From: Leidyana gryllorum EB-2025a
Taxonomy: Eukaryota > Protista > Apicomplexa
DNA length: 64,000 nucleotides
Direction: 5' to 3'
Assembly (NCBI GenBank): GCA_048772705.1
Contig: JBLWGC010000104.1
Span: 744,001-808,000 of the forward strand
Both the position numbers and the translations under genes were made by a program. The notes beneath the pieces were generated by a model. It made no database searches. It was not told where the DNA came from and worked only from the letters and a program-made list of their open reading frames with translations. The stretch's first letter is position 1, and the number at the start of each line of letters is the position of its first letter. Of this stretch, positions 21,196-37,914 are shown in pieces.

Positions 21196-22587
21196 ATGAA
21201 GAGTCTTTTTGCGTGCTGGGTGACCTGGGCTGTGGTTCACGGCAACGAGGCGTGGCGTAGCACATGCCAGCAGCGTGACCAAGCCGGAAAGAGCGGGAAT
21301 TGTTGCTCAACACTCTATAATGAAGGTGACGAGTTAGGTCTTTGTGGTGACTCAGCTTCCAACCCATGCCACGTTGGTATTAGTTCTGCTGTCCCACAGT
21401 GTGGAAAATGCTATATATTGTCTAAAGAAGGTCACAGTATTTACGTTCAGGCCATTGAAACTACCCTGACTGCCGATGAAGCGGTCACAGTTCACTTGAG
21501 TCATGGAATATGGTCCCATCTATGTCCGTATCTTTGCGTCTCAGGAACTTGCGCAGTTACACCAGATCAATGTGACATTATTATCGATGCCGTAGATACA
21601 TGTTATACTAATGATAACACATTGTTTGCGGAATCTGTTCCGTGTGATAGCCTGCCAGCTTCCGCTGAGCACCAAGTCTTCGTCGCTCCCAGTGCTCACC
21701 AGGCAGGGGCTGTACAGGTCTCAAACGGCCCTTGTCTGGATCTCGATTACTCTAACGGTTATCTAAACAATAATCCCACCACTACAACGACCACTACACC
21801 TACTACGACGACCACGACGCCCACAACGACTACAACAACGACGACCACAACAACCACCACACCAACGACGACTACTACGACACCCACAACAACGACCACA
21901 CCAACAACGACTACTACACCGACCACCACTACGACCACACCAACAACGACTACTACACCGACCACCACCACCACAACGAGTACTACTACCACACCAACAA
22001 CGACTACTACACCAACCACCACAACGACCACTACACCAACCACCACAACGACCACTACACCAACCACCACAACGACCACTACTACTACCACACCGACCAC
22101 TACTACTACCACACCGACCACTACTACTACCACACCGACCACTACTACCACACCGACCACTATAACCACCACTACCACTGAACCTACAACGATCTCCACG
22201 TCGCCGCAGCCGCAGTCAGGTTTGCCATCGACCGAGGCGCAAGCTGCCATACCGACTTCATCGGTAATGTCGACAGCCGGGCCTGGAGTCACGAACGGGC
22301 TGTTGAGCTCAGAAGCCACTCGTGGTCGACAGACACAAACGACCATCACTTTGGTACAACTCGATCCTGCCGAAGACGGTAACAAATCGATCTGGGCGAC
22401 GGAGCCCGGGACGATAGAGGGGCGCTGTCAGGTAGCTGTCGGGAACCCCATTCCTGACTGGAACGACGAGTGTCGAGCCTTGTGCACTTTTTACCACTCA
22501 AGCCCTCAGCATTGTCCCGGAGGCTCCCAAAGCGCGGAAGTATTGATAGCTTGCGTACACCGTCTGCATCCCTATTGCGTTGTTTGA
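21196..22587 (+). CDS. Secreted mucin-like protein: Cys-rich N-domain, poly-Thr/Pro tract, small Cys C-domain
   Basis: Signal peptide, CGKCY-containing Cys domain, ~135-aa T/P tract, WNDECRALC...CP...C. Confidence 0.85.
   Translation: MKSLFACWVTWAVVHGNEAWRSTCQQRDQAGKSGNCCSTLYNEGDELGLCGDSASNPCHVGISSAVPQCGKCYILSKEGHSIYVQAIETTLTADEAVTVHLSHGIWSHLCPYLCVSGTCAVTPDQCDIIIDAVDTCYTNDNTLFAESVPCDSLPASAEHQVFVAPSAHQAGAVQVSNGPCLDLDYSNGYLNNNPTTTTTTTPTTTTTTPTTTTTTTTTTTTTPTTTTTTPTTTTTPTTTTTPTTTTTTPTTTTTPTTTTTTSTTTTPTTTTTPTTTTTTTPTTTTTTTPTTTTTTTTTTPTTTTTTPTTTTTTPTTTTTPTTITTTTTEPTTISTSPQPQSGLPSTEAQAAIPTSSVMSTAGPGVTNGLLSSEATRGRQTQTTITLVQLDPAEDGNKSIWATEPGTIEGRCQVAVGNPIPDWNDECRALCTFYHSSPQHCPGGSQSAEVLIACVHRLHPYCVV
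21775..22180. repeat. Low-complexity ACN/CCN repeat encoding a poly-Thr/Pro mucin tract
   Basis: Runs of ACC/ACT/ACA/ACG codons with interspersed CCN. Confidence 0.95.
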
Positions 22588-22599
22588 AATTTTGGCACT

Positions 22600-23745
22600 A
22601 TGGAACCCCACATTCTGTCTGTGCAGAGCCACGTCGCTCGCGACTATGTTGGCAATAGAGCTGGCAGCCTGGCTCTTCAGCTGCTGGGTCGTGAGGTCGA
22701 TGTCATTAACACTGTCAACTTCAGCTCAATGTACGTACATGAAGGCACCATTTTGGATGGTTCGCAATTCAATACCCTTGTGGAGGGCTTACTCAAAGCG
22801 ATCGCCCAGCCCAAGGGGTCTGGTCGTGTGGGCGCAGACGCGGGCAAAGTGGAGTTGAGCAAACACGACCTTCCCATCGTACTTTCAGGTGAGTACACAC
22901 TCTCCGTTTTCAGCACAGATTTTTGGTGCAGGTTACATCGCCAAACCTGAAGTTCTGGACAGTTTGGTGTCTGTGGTTCAGCGCCTCAAAGCGACTCAGT
23001 GTGATTGCTCGCTGATTGACCATTTAAGACGACTGAAGAGTGAAGAGTCGACTGAAAATGCCTTCTTCATCATGGATCCTGTGATGGGCGACAACGGACA
23101 CTTGTATGTTTCCGACGAAATGACAGAGGCTTTCCGCCGTGCAGCTGCTGTCGCCGACGTGATCACTCCCAATGAGTACGAGCTCGAATGGCTGACGCGG
23201 TCTGAACGGAGCCCAACCTCGGATCCCGACCCCTCGCTGGCTGAGATCCTGACCAAAGTGCAAAGCTGCCATGACATGGGACCCTTCATGGTGTTCCTAA
23301 CATCTGTACGCATCAAAGAGTTGCCCAACTCCAAGCTGCTGTCGTTGACCTCCATCAGAAGAGGCGATCAACAGATCACTATCGCTGTTGTTTTTGATCA
23401 GCTCGAGGGCTACTTGGGCGGCTGTGGTGATATTACCTCGGCTTTGTTGGCCGATCGATTGATGGCTTTGGAAGTATCACGTGATCTGGTTCAATATGCC
23501 GATCAACTCAGACAAATTATGGAGAATACCATCAATACACTACAGGTCAGTTCCCACAAACTTGCAGCGAGCAACCGTCTTCTCCTCAGGTCTTGATTGC
23601 TCGCAATCCCCCTGGGGCCCCCTCCGTCCAAGTAGTCAGAAACATGAACTTGCTACGAGACGCTCCCCTAATCTCCGGAATTCGATCAATGGTCACTCTA
23701 AAGAGGGACTGCGTGGGAGAGCTGCAAAGCTTCTTGCGGGCATGA
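22600..23745 (+). CDS. pdxK: Pyridoxal kinase (3 exons)
   Basis: ILSVQSHVARDYVGNRA, VINTVNFS, SG|YI, MDPVMGDNG, ITPNEYELEWL, GCGD. Introns near 22889-22931 and 23546-23589. Confidence 0.93.
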
Positions 23746-23764
23746 GGAGTCCTGAACTAGAGCC

Positions 23765-25210
23765 TCAAGCATCCACCATGTCCGAGGAAGCAGCGGCTGA
23801 CTGTGGAACAGTACTGAAGAGTTCCCGCCGAATTTCTGGTGTTATTCCCGGATGGAAATGCGCCCGCATCACTTTCTTCAAGGTGTCACGCTGTGCGTCA
23901 TTCAGATCAGCTGTTCGGATACACGCAAGATGTCGATATGTGTGTGTCTGAATAGGTGTGTCTTACCTTTCCATCTCTGGACGAACGTCAGGAGACACTG
24001 ATGCCAGAGTACACTGGGAGGCTCAGACTCTTCTTCGGACTGCTCTTCTGTCAACGAACTCCCAAAGTATTCAACGAGGATTTGTATGACCTAATTTGTT
24101 GTGAATGTTGGAAGATCAAAGATGAGGCTTACCGATAGCGGCAAATTATGTTTCTTGTTGATCAATCTGATCATTGCGTAATTGATGACATTGCTGCGCG
24201 GCTTGTGCTTGGCGCACATGACGAGTGCTGCACCGCAAGTGTCCGCTGGCATGGACACTTTGGACAGAACTGAACAGATTATCACCGCTTCTCTATAGGT
24301 ACAGTCCTCATCGAAAATAACTGGAAAGAAAATCCCTTTGAACCAAGAGGCTGGCTTGAATGTCGATTGTTTCAAAGCCTCGAAGACGTGAACATTGAGA
24401 CGTTTCTTGGCATCAATATGTTTCCGGGCGGCGGGCAAGACCACACATTGAAGGTAGTTCCTCACTCGGTCATGTTGTTCCGGCAGTGACCGGACCAGCA
24501 TTTTCGTTGCGGCCGCGAGAGCGTGTGGCGACCACTTTTCCGGCTTGGTGAGATTCAGCACTTCCATGGGATTGCTCAATCCCGGTATAACATTCAAAGC
24601 AGCGGGAAGCTTCCCACTGCGATACCGCTCCATGAACTTGGCCACCTTGGCATAAGTATCGAGGACGAGGGGCGTCATCATGGCTTTCTCTGCCACCTCA
24701 GCCGCCTGGATATTCCTACGCTCCATCTGTTGTTCATGGGAATGTGTGACGAGGAGGTGGTGAATGATCTCTGCTTACCGCCTGCATGATGTAATCTCCC
24801 AAGTCTCGGTACCGGGTGCCGGTGTGCTCAGGTCCGTTGTCAAATTGTTTCATCAGTTCCCGGCCAAAGTTGTCCTCGCCAGCGATCATTGGATCCTCTT
24901 CGTCGTCCTCGCTTTCGCTGGAGGAAGAGTAGGCGGGGCCACCATTGAGCACCGGGAAGTCTTCGTCGGAATCAGCGTCTTGAGCGAGAGCAGCCAATTG
25001 TCGGACGTCGCTCTGAGTCAAATGCGTCTGCTCCTCGTCATCCTCGTTACCCGAGTCTTCATCAACTTTAGCCTTCTTCCGTTTCTGTTGTACTTGAGTA
25101 TCTTCGTTGAGGTGGGCCAGGAGAGACTTTGCGTGTCTGACTGTGCCCTTAGGCGGAGCCGTGGGTGAGACTTCTGGGGCCTTACGGCGGGCTTTAGTGA
25201 CCTTTGGCAT
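23765..25210 (-). CDS. BYSL: Bystin/Enp1 40S biogenesis factor, spliced
   Basis: YRSGKLPAALNVIP, TKPEKWSPHA, KRLNVHVFEALK..FKPASWFKGI, CTYREAVII, VLWHQCLLTFVQR, HPGITTEIRREL. Confidence 0.92.
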
Positions 25211-25239
25211 CCAAAAAAAAACCGCGTTTTTGGCCACGA

Positions 25240-26893
25240 TCAAGTAAGAGCATGGGTAGGTGATCCGAAGACGGTAGTTGCTGGCGTTGAGATCGGTGGC
25301 CTCATACCCTTAGTCTCGCCAACGAAGAGACCAGCGCCACTCGACGTGCTGCTCGGTGTAACATCACTCTCTTCAGTGTCTGCCATTGTCAACCCACAGC
25401 AACCAACCTCCCGGAGGAGACGTGGCTGGAAGCGAGGTATATTAAACGGGAACAAATTCAAATGAGCAGTCATCCCGATGAATAAGAGTAGAGACCCCGC
25501 AATGTACCACCAACTGAATACGTTCCAGTCAAGAGCCATTTCGCAAATCCAAATCAGAGGAGGTCGCAGCGCCATGAAGAGACTGATCGATTTCGGATGA
25601 GAAGGGACGCCTCTTTTCCTGTCTCCCCCAGCTTACCCTCGTAGCAAAGCAGTGCTCCATTTGGTCACCACAACGCCAGATGCGTTGTGAAAAGCACTGC
25701 AGAGGGCACTGAGACCCAAAGCGAGCTGCAGCCGGCCAGATTGGCTTATCTGATAGAATCCTGAGGACAGGTTCTCAATATTAGTAAAGTGCAAAATTGG
25801 AAGGATAATTAGACATAAGACCAACCCCGCAGCGCCCTCGATCGCCACTGCCAGGACAGAATGCATTTTGCCTAAATGATATGATAATGCCGACATATTG
25901 CGATACAGCCGATACCTCGTTGGAAAAGTTTCTCCTCCCAGATCTGCTGCAACGAGTGCGCAGCTGTAGAGAGGAGGGCCAGAAAGATGCCCAGCCAGTG
26001 CAACGAGGGGTCAACAGAGGTCGCTTGTTCAGGTCTGGCCAGGGCTGGAATGCTCGTACTCAACAGAGCGAGAGTAACGATTCCACAGCCCAACCATTGA
26101 TGCACCCTCAATGGGCGGCGTAGAATTAGGATCTGGAGTAGTGCGTTCGAGATAACGTGAAAATTGTGCAGCATCTGCAAGATAATGTAGTGTGATATGT
26201 GTTACGAATGAGAATCAGAATGTGCGAAGGAGACACGGGTGTGTGGTGAATTAATATTGGATACGTACGGAACATCTAGCGGGAATCCACGCATTGGTTG
26301 CCAAAGCTCACCTGGACAGTTGAGGCGTATGTAATGATCGTAGCCAAGTTACACAGAGTGCATTCGATCAAGTCCAGTGGAGCGGGGGTGGTCCACCACC
26401 ACCAGGGACACCGAGGATCCAGACTCATGAAGTCTGATGCCCCTCCCAAATCGACAATCTCATAATTAGCTGACCGAGCACACGACATCATAGGCTAAGT
26501 GACATTGATTAATTGGAAGGGGACATGCAGGCAGGCAAGTAGCGCAATACAGTTTCACAAAATGGGGGAAGGGGAGTAACGTGTACGCATACATTCAGAG
26601 GCAGATTGTGGGGGTTCCGGAACCTTGGTGTTGTAGCCGTCGTGTTTACGAGCTTTGAACAACTTGTGAACCAGATATACACAGATGCAAGCGCTTTCCC
26701 CAACGAACATCAGCGTCGTCTGTAGGAATGGTTGATTAAAGTATGCCGATTCGTGTGGTGTGCCAGATGAAGTAGGAAGGTGTTGTCGATTTTGCCACTT
26801 TGTAATGAGCGCAAGAGCGGCGCCAGCGACCAGGCTGAGCGCCGCCATGAGCGCGAGGCCCACAGTCAGGGGATGTTGTGGTGGTTGTGGCAT
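25240..26893 (-). CDS. DMT-superfamily transporter (SLC35F6 / nucleotide-sugar transporter-like), spliced
   Basis: FNQPFLQTTLMFVGE, YASTVQ|ML, LRRPLRVHQWLG, QQIWEEKLF, IEGAAG, HNASGVVVTK, RPPLIW; multiple TM segments. Confidence 0.8.
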
Positions 26894-26947
26894 CTGTTGT
26901 GTCCAAAAGTATATAGAGGGCAAGGCCGAAAAATGACTAGTCGGTCT

Positions 26948-30143
<3,196 letters not shown>

Positions 30144-30232
30144 ACAGCCCTTTTTTCCTTTCCCAATTTTGGTAGAACCAACTCATCATCTATCGGATAG
30201 AACAAAATACAATTGCTGATTAATATATAAAA

Positions 30233-32146
30233 ATGACTTCGCCCTCAGCTGCCCCAAAGGCCAAACTCATCAACGAGGAACGTGAACAACGCATTAGACA
30301 ACGAGTGGAGGAGAGTAGGAGGAAACTGGCCGAGGGCCGACAAAGAGAAGCTTGGCGTCAATATATTCTTGACTGCTATGTCATACGTCATCTGATACTC
30401 TTCTTTCAGATCGTAAGCCAAACTCCTCTCTCTCATTGGGAATTCATCCGGTGCTGTGTGGCAGTTACAACTATTCTGGGCCTCGATTCGGGAATCTATC
30501 TGGAATCCAGGGAGAAGACGAGCCCCTCCGGGCAACCCTCCGCGTCGGTGAGGAGCCAAAGAGTTCGATATGGGACCAACGGCCTTTTGCTCAGCTTTGA
30601 TCAGTCGGGGGGTGGTGTTGACTTTGGGTTTGGGGGCTGCAAAAGCTGTAGACGTTAAAAAAATCCCGGCTTCCGGCATGATTGATGCCACCACTACGAA
30701 AACGCGTTCTCAAAGAGGAGGAGTACGAGGAACACCTAGAGTCTATCATCAATCGTGACTTCTTCCCTGATGTCAAGCGGTAAGTCTCGTCAACCACTGC
30801 ATTCGCGAATTAAGACCCACAGCTTACGGAGAGCTCTGAGGCAGGACAACGCCCCGGATAATGTGTCGGAGGCCCGGTCGGCCTCCAGCCGCCCAGTCCC
30901 GACAACCGCCTTGAGCGACATCGGCGAGCAGCCGTCTACCCCTCTGAGTGTAATTGAAGACGGCGGTGACCACCGCTCCGATGATTTGACCGATAGGGGA
31001 GGCACAGTCATTAGTGAGGATGAAGACGGGTTCCCCAAACCTTCGATCAAGAACCTGCGTCTGGACGAGTTCCAAGCCATACACGTTACAGAAGACGACT
31101 TGAGTTTCGAGCGTCTTCTGTTCAGAGAGAAGAAACAGCGAGCAGCTCGACGGGCGTGGATGGAAGCCGAGAGCGACCGCCACAATAAGGCCTTGGAGAA
31201 CGCTCTCCAATCCCTCGAGCGTCTGGAGAACGTGGATCAGAGTGGAATGCTGATAAATGGCCAAGCGATGCGGCAACTGGAGACTGAGGCTCACAGAGGT
31301 CAACTTATGACCCGTCACGTGGCTCAAAACGCGCTAGTGTTTGCACCTGGCGGCCCGGTTGATGCCTTTGGACGTCCACGTCCTCTCGCCCTATCGAACA
31401 ATGATTCACCGTCGATTTTAGCTCTGATGGATGATGGAACTTTGACTGGTGCTGAAGGCACACTGGCCGATCAGCAATGTCCTGGGGCACTGGTGATCAG
31501 AAGTTCGTACAACAAAGATTCTCAACGGGCGGAAATTGTCCCTCATAACACCCGATTTACAGTGTCACAACAAGAATTGCACGCTGCCCAAGCCCTCGCG
31601 GACAAAGACGACTTGATTGGAGAGAGGGCCGTCGAGAGGGCCCGTCTGGACCGGAAACGACGAGCTGGTGATGAGGCCGTTGAACTCGGAAGATTTGATA
31701 ATACCGCTTTGTCTGGTATGGAACGCACGCCTGTGGAAGAGATTGATTTTGCAATTGATCGTGGTGGAGCCAACGAAAGTAATTCGCCGTCTCCGGAGCT
31801 TAGAGGGGGACCTTCTGTCTCGAACAATAGAGTGGAAGAGGATTACTTCACGGGTCCCTCGGAATCCTCTCGTGATCAGATTGCTGACTCACTGAGAGCA
31901 ACTAGTCTATCGAAGAATCGGGAGAAACGGAGGACAGCATTGGCTCTGAAAGAAGAGCTTAAGAACATTGCGGCCTCTGTGGCTTACAACAAAGCCCCCA
32001 CGGCCGCGTCTCGGAGTTCACTGGGTGGAGCCCCACCAACGGCGACACCATTGGTGGGCAATTCTATATTTGCTCCCCGAACTGCCACTGCTCAAAATTC
32101 GACTTTAACCCCGTTGGCCAAAGCGCTGATGGGCACGCGGAGATGA
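30233..32146 (+). CDS. ESS2: Splicing factor ESS2/DGCR14 (Es2 family), spliced
   Basis: LKEEEYEEHLESIINRDFFPD, LRLDEFQAIHVTEDDLSFERL, NALVFAP, IVPHNTRF, LTPLAKAL. Confidence 0.82.
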
Positions 32147-32204
32147 CAAATGTGAATTGTATGTGTCTATGATGCAGCAGACACCCACTACGTGAGGTCA
32201 TCTC

Positions 32205-33418
32205 ATGAACTCCAGGTGGCTATTCCTAGTTGTCTTTATCAACGCTCAACAACAAGACAAGGACACGGATACCACCAAGTATCTGACAGTGTCCGAGGCT
32301 CCATCTGGCTTGAAGATCATATCTGAGCACGAAGGGTATTTAAGTTGCCCCCAAGTGAGTGTGGAAGAGACTTTCTGCTTCTCCACAACTGAAATAATCA
32401 TAGGGCTATTCGTATATTGATGGAGTTTGCCGCCGCAATATGAGGGAGGCCCCAACACCTACGTGCCCTGCAGGCCACGAAGTCATTGGTATGATTGCTA
32501 TCTGTAGATTCAACGAATAAAGGCATTGCCGCCTCATCTTCAAAACAGATAGTGAATGTACTGCGGTGTCGAAACCTAAAGAATACTGCCCTCCTGATTA
32601 CGCCAAACTCAGCAATGGCTTGTGCGAACGGACTGTGTCGCTCCCCTGCCAAAACGTGTGTCCACCAGATGCGGTCGGGTTAGTGGAGGGGATGTGTGCG
32701 GTCAACCGACCAGCATCGCTGGGCTACGTGTGCAATGAGGGACAGTTAGACCCGAGCACAACGGCTTGTGTCACCGAGATTGTCAGTAATCCGACCCTTA
32801 CGTGTCCAGATCCGGCAGCAGTTGTAGAGGTAGGTAGCCGCCAGCCAGTCGGTCAGCACTGATAATGGTGGATTTCAGAACGGTTCCTGTGTCAAGATAG
32901 AGAGAACGAATGCTTGCGAGTCAGACGACTCCAGTTCCAAGAACAGCAATGGTCTCCGCTCGTGTGTGAAGATGCGGTCATTCCAGCCGCGTGTTACGTG
33001 CCCCTTTGGTGCCCGATATGATGCCGCCCGAGGAGAATGCATCCAAAAGAAAGAGACGGAACCGGCCAAGGTGTGTCGGACAGCGTTGGTGGACGGCAAA
33101 TGCACAGACATCACCTATCTCCCGCCAAAACAGTTCTGCGATGTCGACTTTGAACGGAAGATCATTTTCGGGATGTGTGGGTGTTTCAGGACTGACTCGA
33201 TGGCCACAAGTTTGGTTTGTGAGGCGGGTTCGTCTCTGAACGAGAAGAATGATCTGTGCATTAGACGTTCGAAAATCAATTTACGGTGTGCACCCGGTTA
33301 TACTCGGAGAGGCAATATCTGTGAACGAAGAATGGAGGCAGTGGCCACCAAAGTGTTCAATGTGACGGTTTCATGTGAGATTCAACCGGGAGAAAGCGTC
33401 TGCTCATTCTTACATTGA
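32205..33418 (+). CDS. Secreted Cys-repeat protein, oocyst-wall-protein-like, spliced
   Basis: Signal peptide; periodic CP.GY/F......C repeats (YCPPDYAKLSNGLC, CPFGARYDAARGEC, CAPGYTRRGNIC). Confidence 0.72.
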
Positions 33419-33434
33419 GCATGCGTATGCACCA

Positions 33435-34835
33435 ATGCCTTCCAAATCTGAATCTCTGCACGGTGGAGGCTTGGGCATCGTTGACCCATTGCCAATCGAG
33501 ATAAGGAAAGTAGTCTTCCTCGACCTGGATGACACATTGATCCCGACCTATTGGATGCGTGAGCAGTTGCTCAGACGCCGAGTAACTCGCCCACCTCTCA
33601 CATACGCTCACATTTTTGAGAATCTCACTCGAGATGCCGCAAGTACTACCACAACTCGGATCGCCAAGGCTCTCTCGGCTGCCGCCAGCTTCCCTCTGAG
33701 ACTACAGAGCCTCCCATCGCGGTTGGGGGCACAAGTTCGATTGCCCGGACTGGGTGTGACCGATCTCCGTCCGTATTTGGAAATCCGCAGTATGTTAGAT
33801 GAAGCGAGCGGAGGAGAGTTCGAGAAGTACGTGGTGTCGTTCCTGCGTACTGTCCAGTCATACTGCGATAAAGCTATCATTGTCACCAACGCTCGAAGTC
33901 ATGGATGGCTCAAACTGGTTGAGTGCCTCTTTCCCGACATGTCGGCAGCTCTGGCCGCTGCTGACATTCAAGTGCTCAAGACAACACCAGAAGAAGGAAA
34001 CCGGAGTGAACCCAGTCTTGCCACGAATCCTACCGCTTATTTTGAGGTAAGCACAGGTCGTAACTTGAAGAGAGATTGATTGTTGCCATTGTCTCCAGTA
34101 TTGGATGACTGCAAAACATCGGGAATTCCAACGGGTTCTGGAAGCAGAAGAGGCGAATGGTGACGGTCGACCGATGTGTTTCGAGTTAGTGTGCATCGGC
34201 GACAATGAGTTTGAACAGATCGCCTTTCAAAAGGTGGCGGATGAGACCCCCAGTAAGTCGCCCCCTCCCATCTGCTACATTGGTATTCTCGTGGCTCAGG
34301 CGTAGCTGTAGCCAGAATGGTGCGATGCTCCCAAGGCCTGCCTCCCTCGCGGTTTGCTGAGCAGCTGAAGGCCATGGAGGCCACCATTAAGGGGTGGGAT
34401 GGACTGTCGGTCAGTCTGGAGATGGGTAGCCGATTGTGGGGGGATGAAATTCGTGACGAAACCCTTCGAAACGCCAGTCGCTCGCTGTCATCGCCATGGC
34501 GACTGGCGGGGTGGGCACGACGTCTCGGCACGCCAGAGAGCGAAGTCTTGAAAGTCACAAACTCGGTGACTCTGCAAACTTGGCAGCCTCGGAGTTTCCG
34601 GGAATGGCTTAAAGCCAAGATAAAGGCGCCAGAGGGGGGTCGACGGCGGTCGTGGACCACAGTGGCTCCGAGGAGAAGATGGTTTTGGGGGAAAAGAAAG
34701 GAGGAGCTGGTTGATGAGGGTCTGAGGAGATGCTCAACCGGTAAGGGACATGATGTGCGGTGTGTGGAGACGTTGATGACAGATGGGGATTTGAGTCAAC
34801 CCGCCTCAGACGTTAAGATTGAGACACCAGTTTAG
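33435..34835 (+). CDS. HAD-superfamily hydrolase-like protein, spliced
   Basis: Motif I FLDLDDTLIPT, motif II IIVTNA, motif III AKHREF, motif IV CIGDNEFE. Confidence 0.8.
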
Positions 34836-34862
34836 TAGTTAGTTTTTGGCGACGCTCGAAGG

Positions 34863-35557
34863 ATGAGGGTGTTTGCTCTGCTGAGTCTCACGACACTTTT
34901 GGCTGAAGGGATACTCTTTGACGCTCGCGTCCGAGCCGGTGTAACAAAGTGTTACAGTGAGGAGATTGGCGAGAATGCACTCTTCGTTGCCGAGGTGTTA
35001 CCGAGAGAAACGAAAGAGGGTGTCCAGGTGAGCGGCGACCAACACTGACCATTTTGTTGGCGAACACAAATCACCGTCCAGGTACTTGTATCTATGCGAA
35101 CACCACGTGAATACTACTACAATGATACCAGTACTTCACTCATGAAGACTGCCTTTACAACTCCGCGGAAGGGCCACGTAGATGTGTGCCTGCGTAATTT
35201 AAGCCGCAAGGAGACGGCAATGGTGAACATCCGACTGCTCCATGGGGCGCTGGCTAAGGACTTTAGCCAGATCGCAAAGAAGGAGCACCTCGATCCAGTC
35301 GTAAAAGCGCTGCAGGATGTCGAATGTAAGGATTGGTCTTGAGGGGGTCATTGGTTGTGTGTTCAGTGCGCATTAAAGACTACCGTGCGAAGCAGACATT
35401 CTTGGTCGGACGGGAACCTGCCGCTCGTGCGATGGTGGACTCGACGCACAAGCGAGTGGTAATACTGGCTGGAGTAAACGTGGGGGCGGTGATTCTGTGC
35501 AATGTAGTGACTGTTCTTTTCCTACGCTCCTTCTTCCGCGCCAAGAAGATCATCTGA
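34863..35557 (+). CDS. p24/emp24/GOLD family cargo receptor (p24delta/Erv25-like)
   Basis: Signal peptide, KCYSEEI, AFTT...DVC, KDFSQIAKKEHL, TM segment and FFRAKKII dilysine tail. Confidence 0.92.
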
Positions 35558-35579
35558 GCAAAAAAAAGTATGTAGAATA

Positions 35580-37903
35580 ATGGATACTTTTCCTGAAGGC
35601 GGAGGAGGAGAAGCGGAGGATATCACATCCGTCTGTGTTAGGCGACTATGGCCATATGGTGACGAGGCGCTCGTTGGCGATTATCAATGGCAGTCGGCTT
35701 TGATTTGTGTCGCGGGCTCCACAGGAACAATCGATGTGGATAGGGTGGATGGCACCCAATATAAATATCCCTTAGAGAGCTATAAACGATTCCGCTGTCC
35801 CCAGAAAGCGCCCATCCTCATACGAAAGGGTCAGAAGCCTAAACAGCCTGTGGATGCATCGTCCCGGGAACATGCGTCTCTCCACATACAGTTCGACGAT
35901 AACGAGAAAACGATCATTCTCCAAACCAAGTTGAGGGAGGAAGCCGCTGTCCAACCCTTACTCAAGGGAATCCAGGACGTTAAGAAGCGGGAAGTGCCAG
36001 AATGGGGGTTTCAACTGTCTGAGCACCCGGAATTGAATTTGTATCTCCTCTTTCAAAGTATTGAGGAGCGCGACGCCTTTGTCAGAAAGCTGAAACACGC
36101 CAAAGCCCGGTGGCTGCATAATCTGAAAGCTGAGGAAGAGGCTGAGGATGTCCGAACGAAACGTAAAGTCGTGGAACAATATAAAGCTCTGTTGGAGAAG
36201 ATTCAGGAGGAGCATCGAAAACGATTACAGACGGCCGCCCACGCACAGAGCGGACAGCTCAACGCTGCTCGAGAGAATGCTCTCGAGTGTGACGTTGGCC
36301 TTCGGCTATTGTACGAGGTGAGACTTTTTGTTTGTCGGAGACACACGCACTCTTTGCCTCATGGATGTTATAGGATCTGGTCTTGAATCGAAAAGTCTTG
36401 ACACCCGATGAATTCTGGCGTAGACATATGGAGTCTTTGGCCGGGACAATCCCGTTACCACAGCCGTCAGAGGAGTTCTTCTTCCCGCCCTCGTCTCACG
36501 GAGTTTATGTAAAGCGAGCCGCCGATCAGGTGTCGGCCTTGCTGGTAGAATCCAAATTGGTTCAAACAAAATATGACGAGTTGGTGAACGGAGGGAAGCT
36601 GACCGAGGAGGAGTTTTGGAGTCGACTCTTTCAGAGCCGATTCTACGCCACATTGGTGGGTAGCCCGGGTACGGTCACGATGGCCAAACACGAGCCGTAT
36701 TTCGACGATGCGAAGGTTGAAGATCCCATCGATGACCAATTGAAGAGTGTGATGGACCCTCGGACATCTGTCAATACATTGATGCCTGCGACGAGTAGTT
36801 TGGCCGGTGAAGATCACTTACAGAAACCCGGCTTTGGAACCAAAGGGGTTACTGACTTGGTGACTCCCACCACCGCCAGTGACCACTTGGCTGCTGCTAA
36901 GAGACATCCATTGACTCTGATGGAGAGATTCAATCGACACGCTTCTCGCGCTTTGCAGAATCGACACGACTATACTGTCTTTTACTCTGGAGGCTCATTC
37001 GGCGACGACACTGTCGACCCGGTGGTCGATCTCGCGACCCAAGTGCCTTCTTCTAAGGAGACGTTGGGACTATTGGCGGCATTGGTGACCCTCGAGTCGA
37101 GTCTGGACCGTCGTCCGGATGTCTCAAAGACGAACATTTTGGACACTCTGTACCAACAGAAGCAGCAGCAGGTGGCGGAGGCCGTTGGAATGCAAGATTT
37201 GAAGGCGGAGAATCGGTCGAAAGGCCTGGTCGAGGACGCAAAGAATGACAAACGGTACGGCAAACGGCTCATAGCTATGCCAGTCGAGCCGTTTGTGTTC
37301 CACGAGTACGGCAAGATGATGACTGAAGGGATCAAGACGTACAAACCGGACATCAACGTGAGTACACCATCGTTATCTCGGATCACATTTTCGGGTTTCC
37401 GTTCAGCCAATGTCCAACGAACTGACCGCAACTGTCGCCTTTGTCAAATGCACTTCAGCACTCAGAGGGTCTTCTGAGATAGGCAACGAGAAACTAAGTG
37501 AGTGTCGGGGTCTTCCTGCTCCAATCATTCATTCCGTCCCTCCATTTGTCCAGTTCGAGAGGCCACCAGTTTGAAGTCATTGGTTCAGCTCTTCGACAGC
37601 GTGGCCGATCTCCAAAACAAAGTCAAAGAGATATTGTATCACGCCTACAATCCCCCACCGGAAGGTCGCTCAATTGAGAGTCGGAAGAAGTTGCGGAAAG
37701 CGTTGGAGGATTTGAAGGGAGAGCTCCAGGGATTAAAGCGTCTGGAGGTAAGCGGTTTCCAATATCTCCATTGAATGCGTCTGCAGATCGACACTACTGG
37801 GCATCGGAAGCTCACAGGTATCATCAACACGAGGACTCTGACGCAACCAATTGTGAATGCGATGGATGCGGCCCTGGCATTGCCGGAATTGAGGAATATC
37901 TGA
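35580..37903 (+). CDS. TFIIH p62/Tfb1 (GTF2H1) BSD-domain protein, spliced
   Basis: PH-like N-terminal region, two BSD motifs (LTPDEFWRRH; LTEEEFWSRLFQSRFY), MERFNRHASRAL. Confidence 0.75.
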
Positions 37904-37914
37904 GCTGTGGGATA

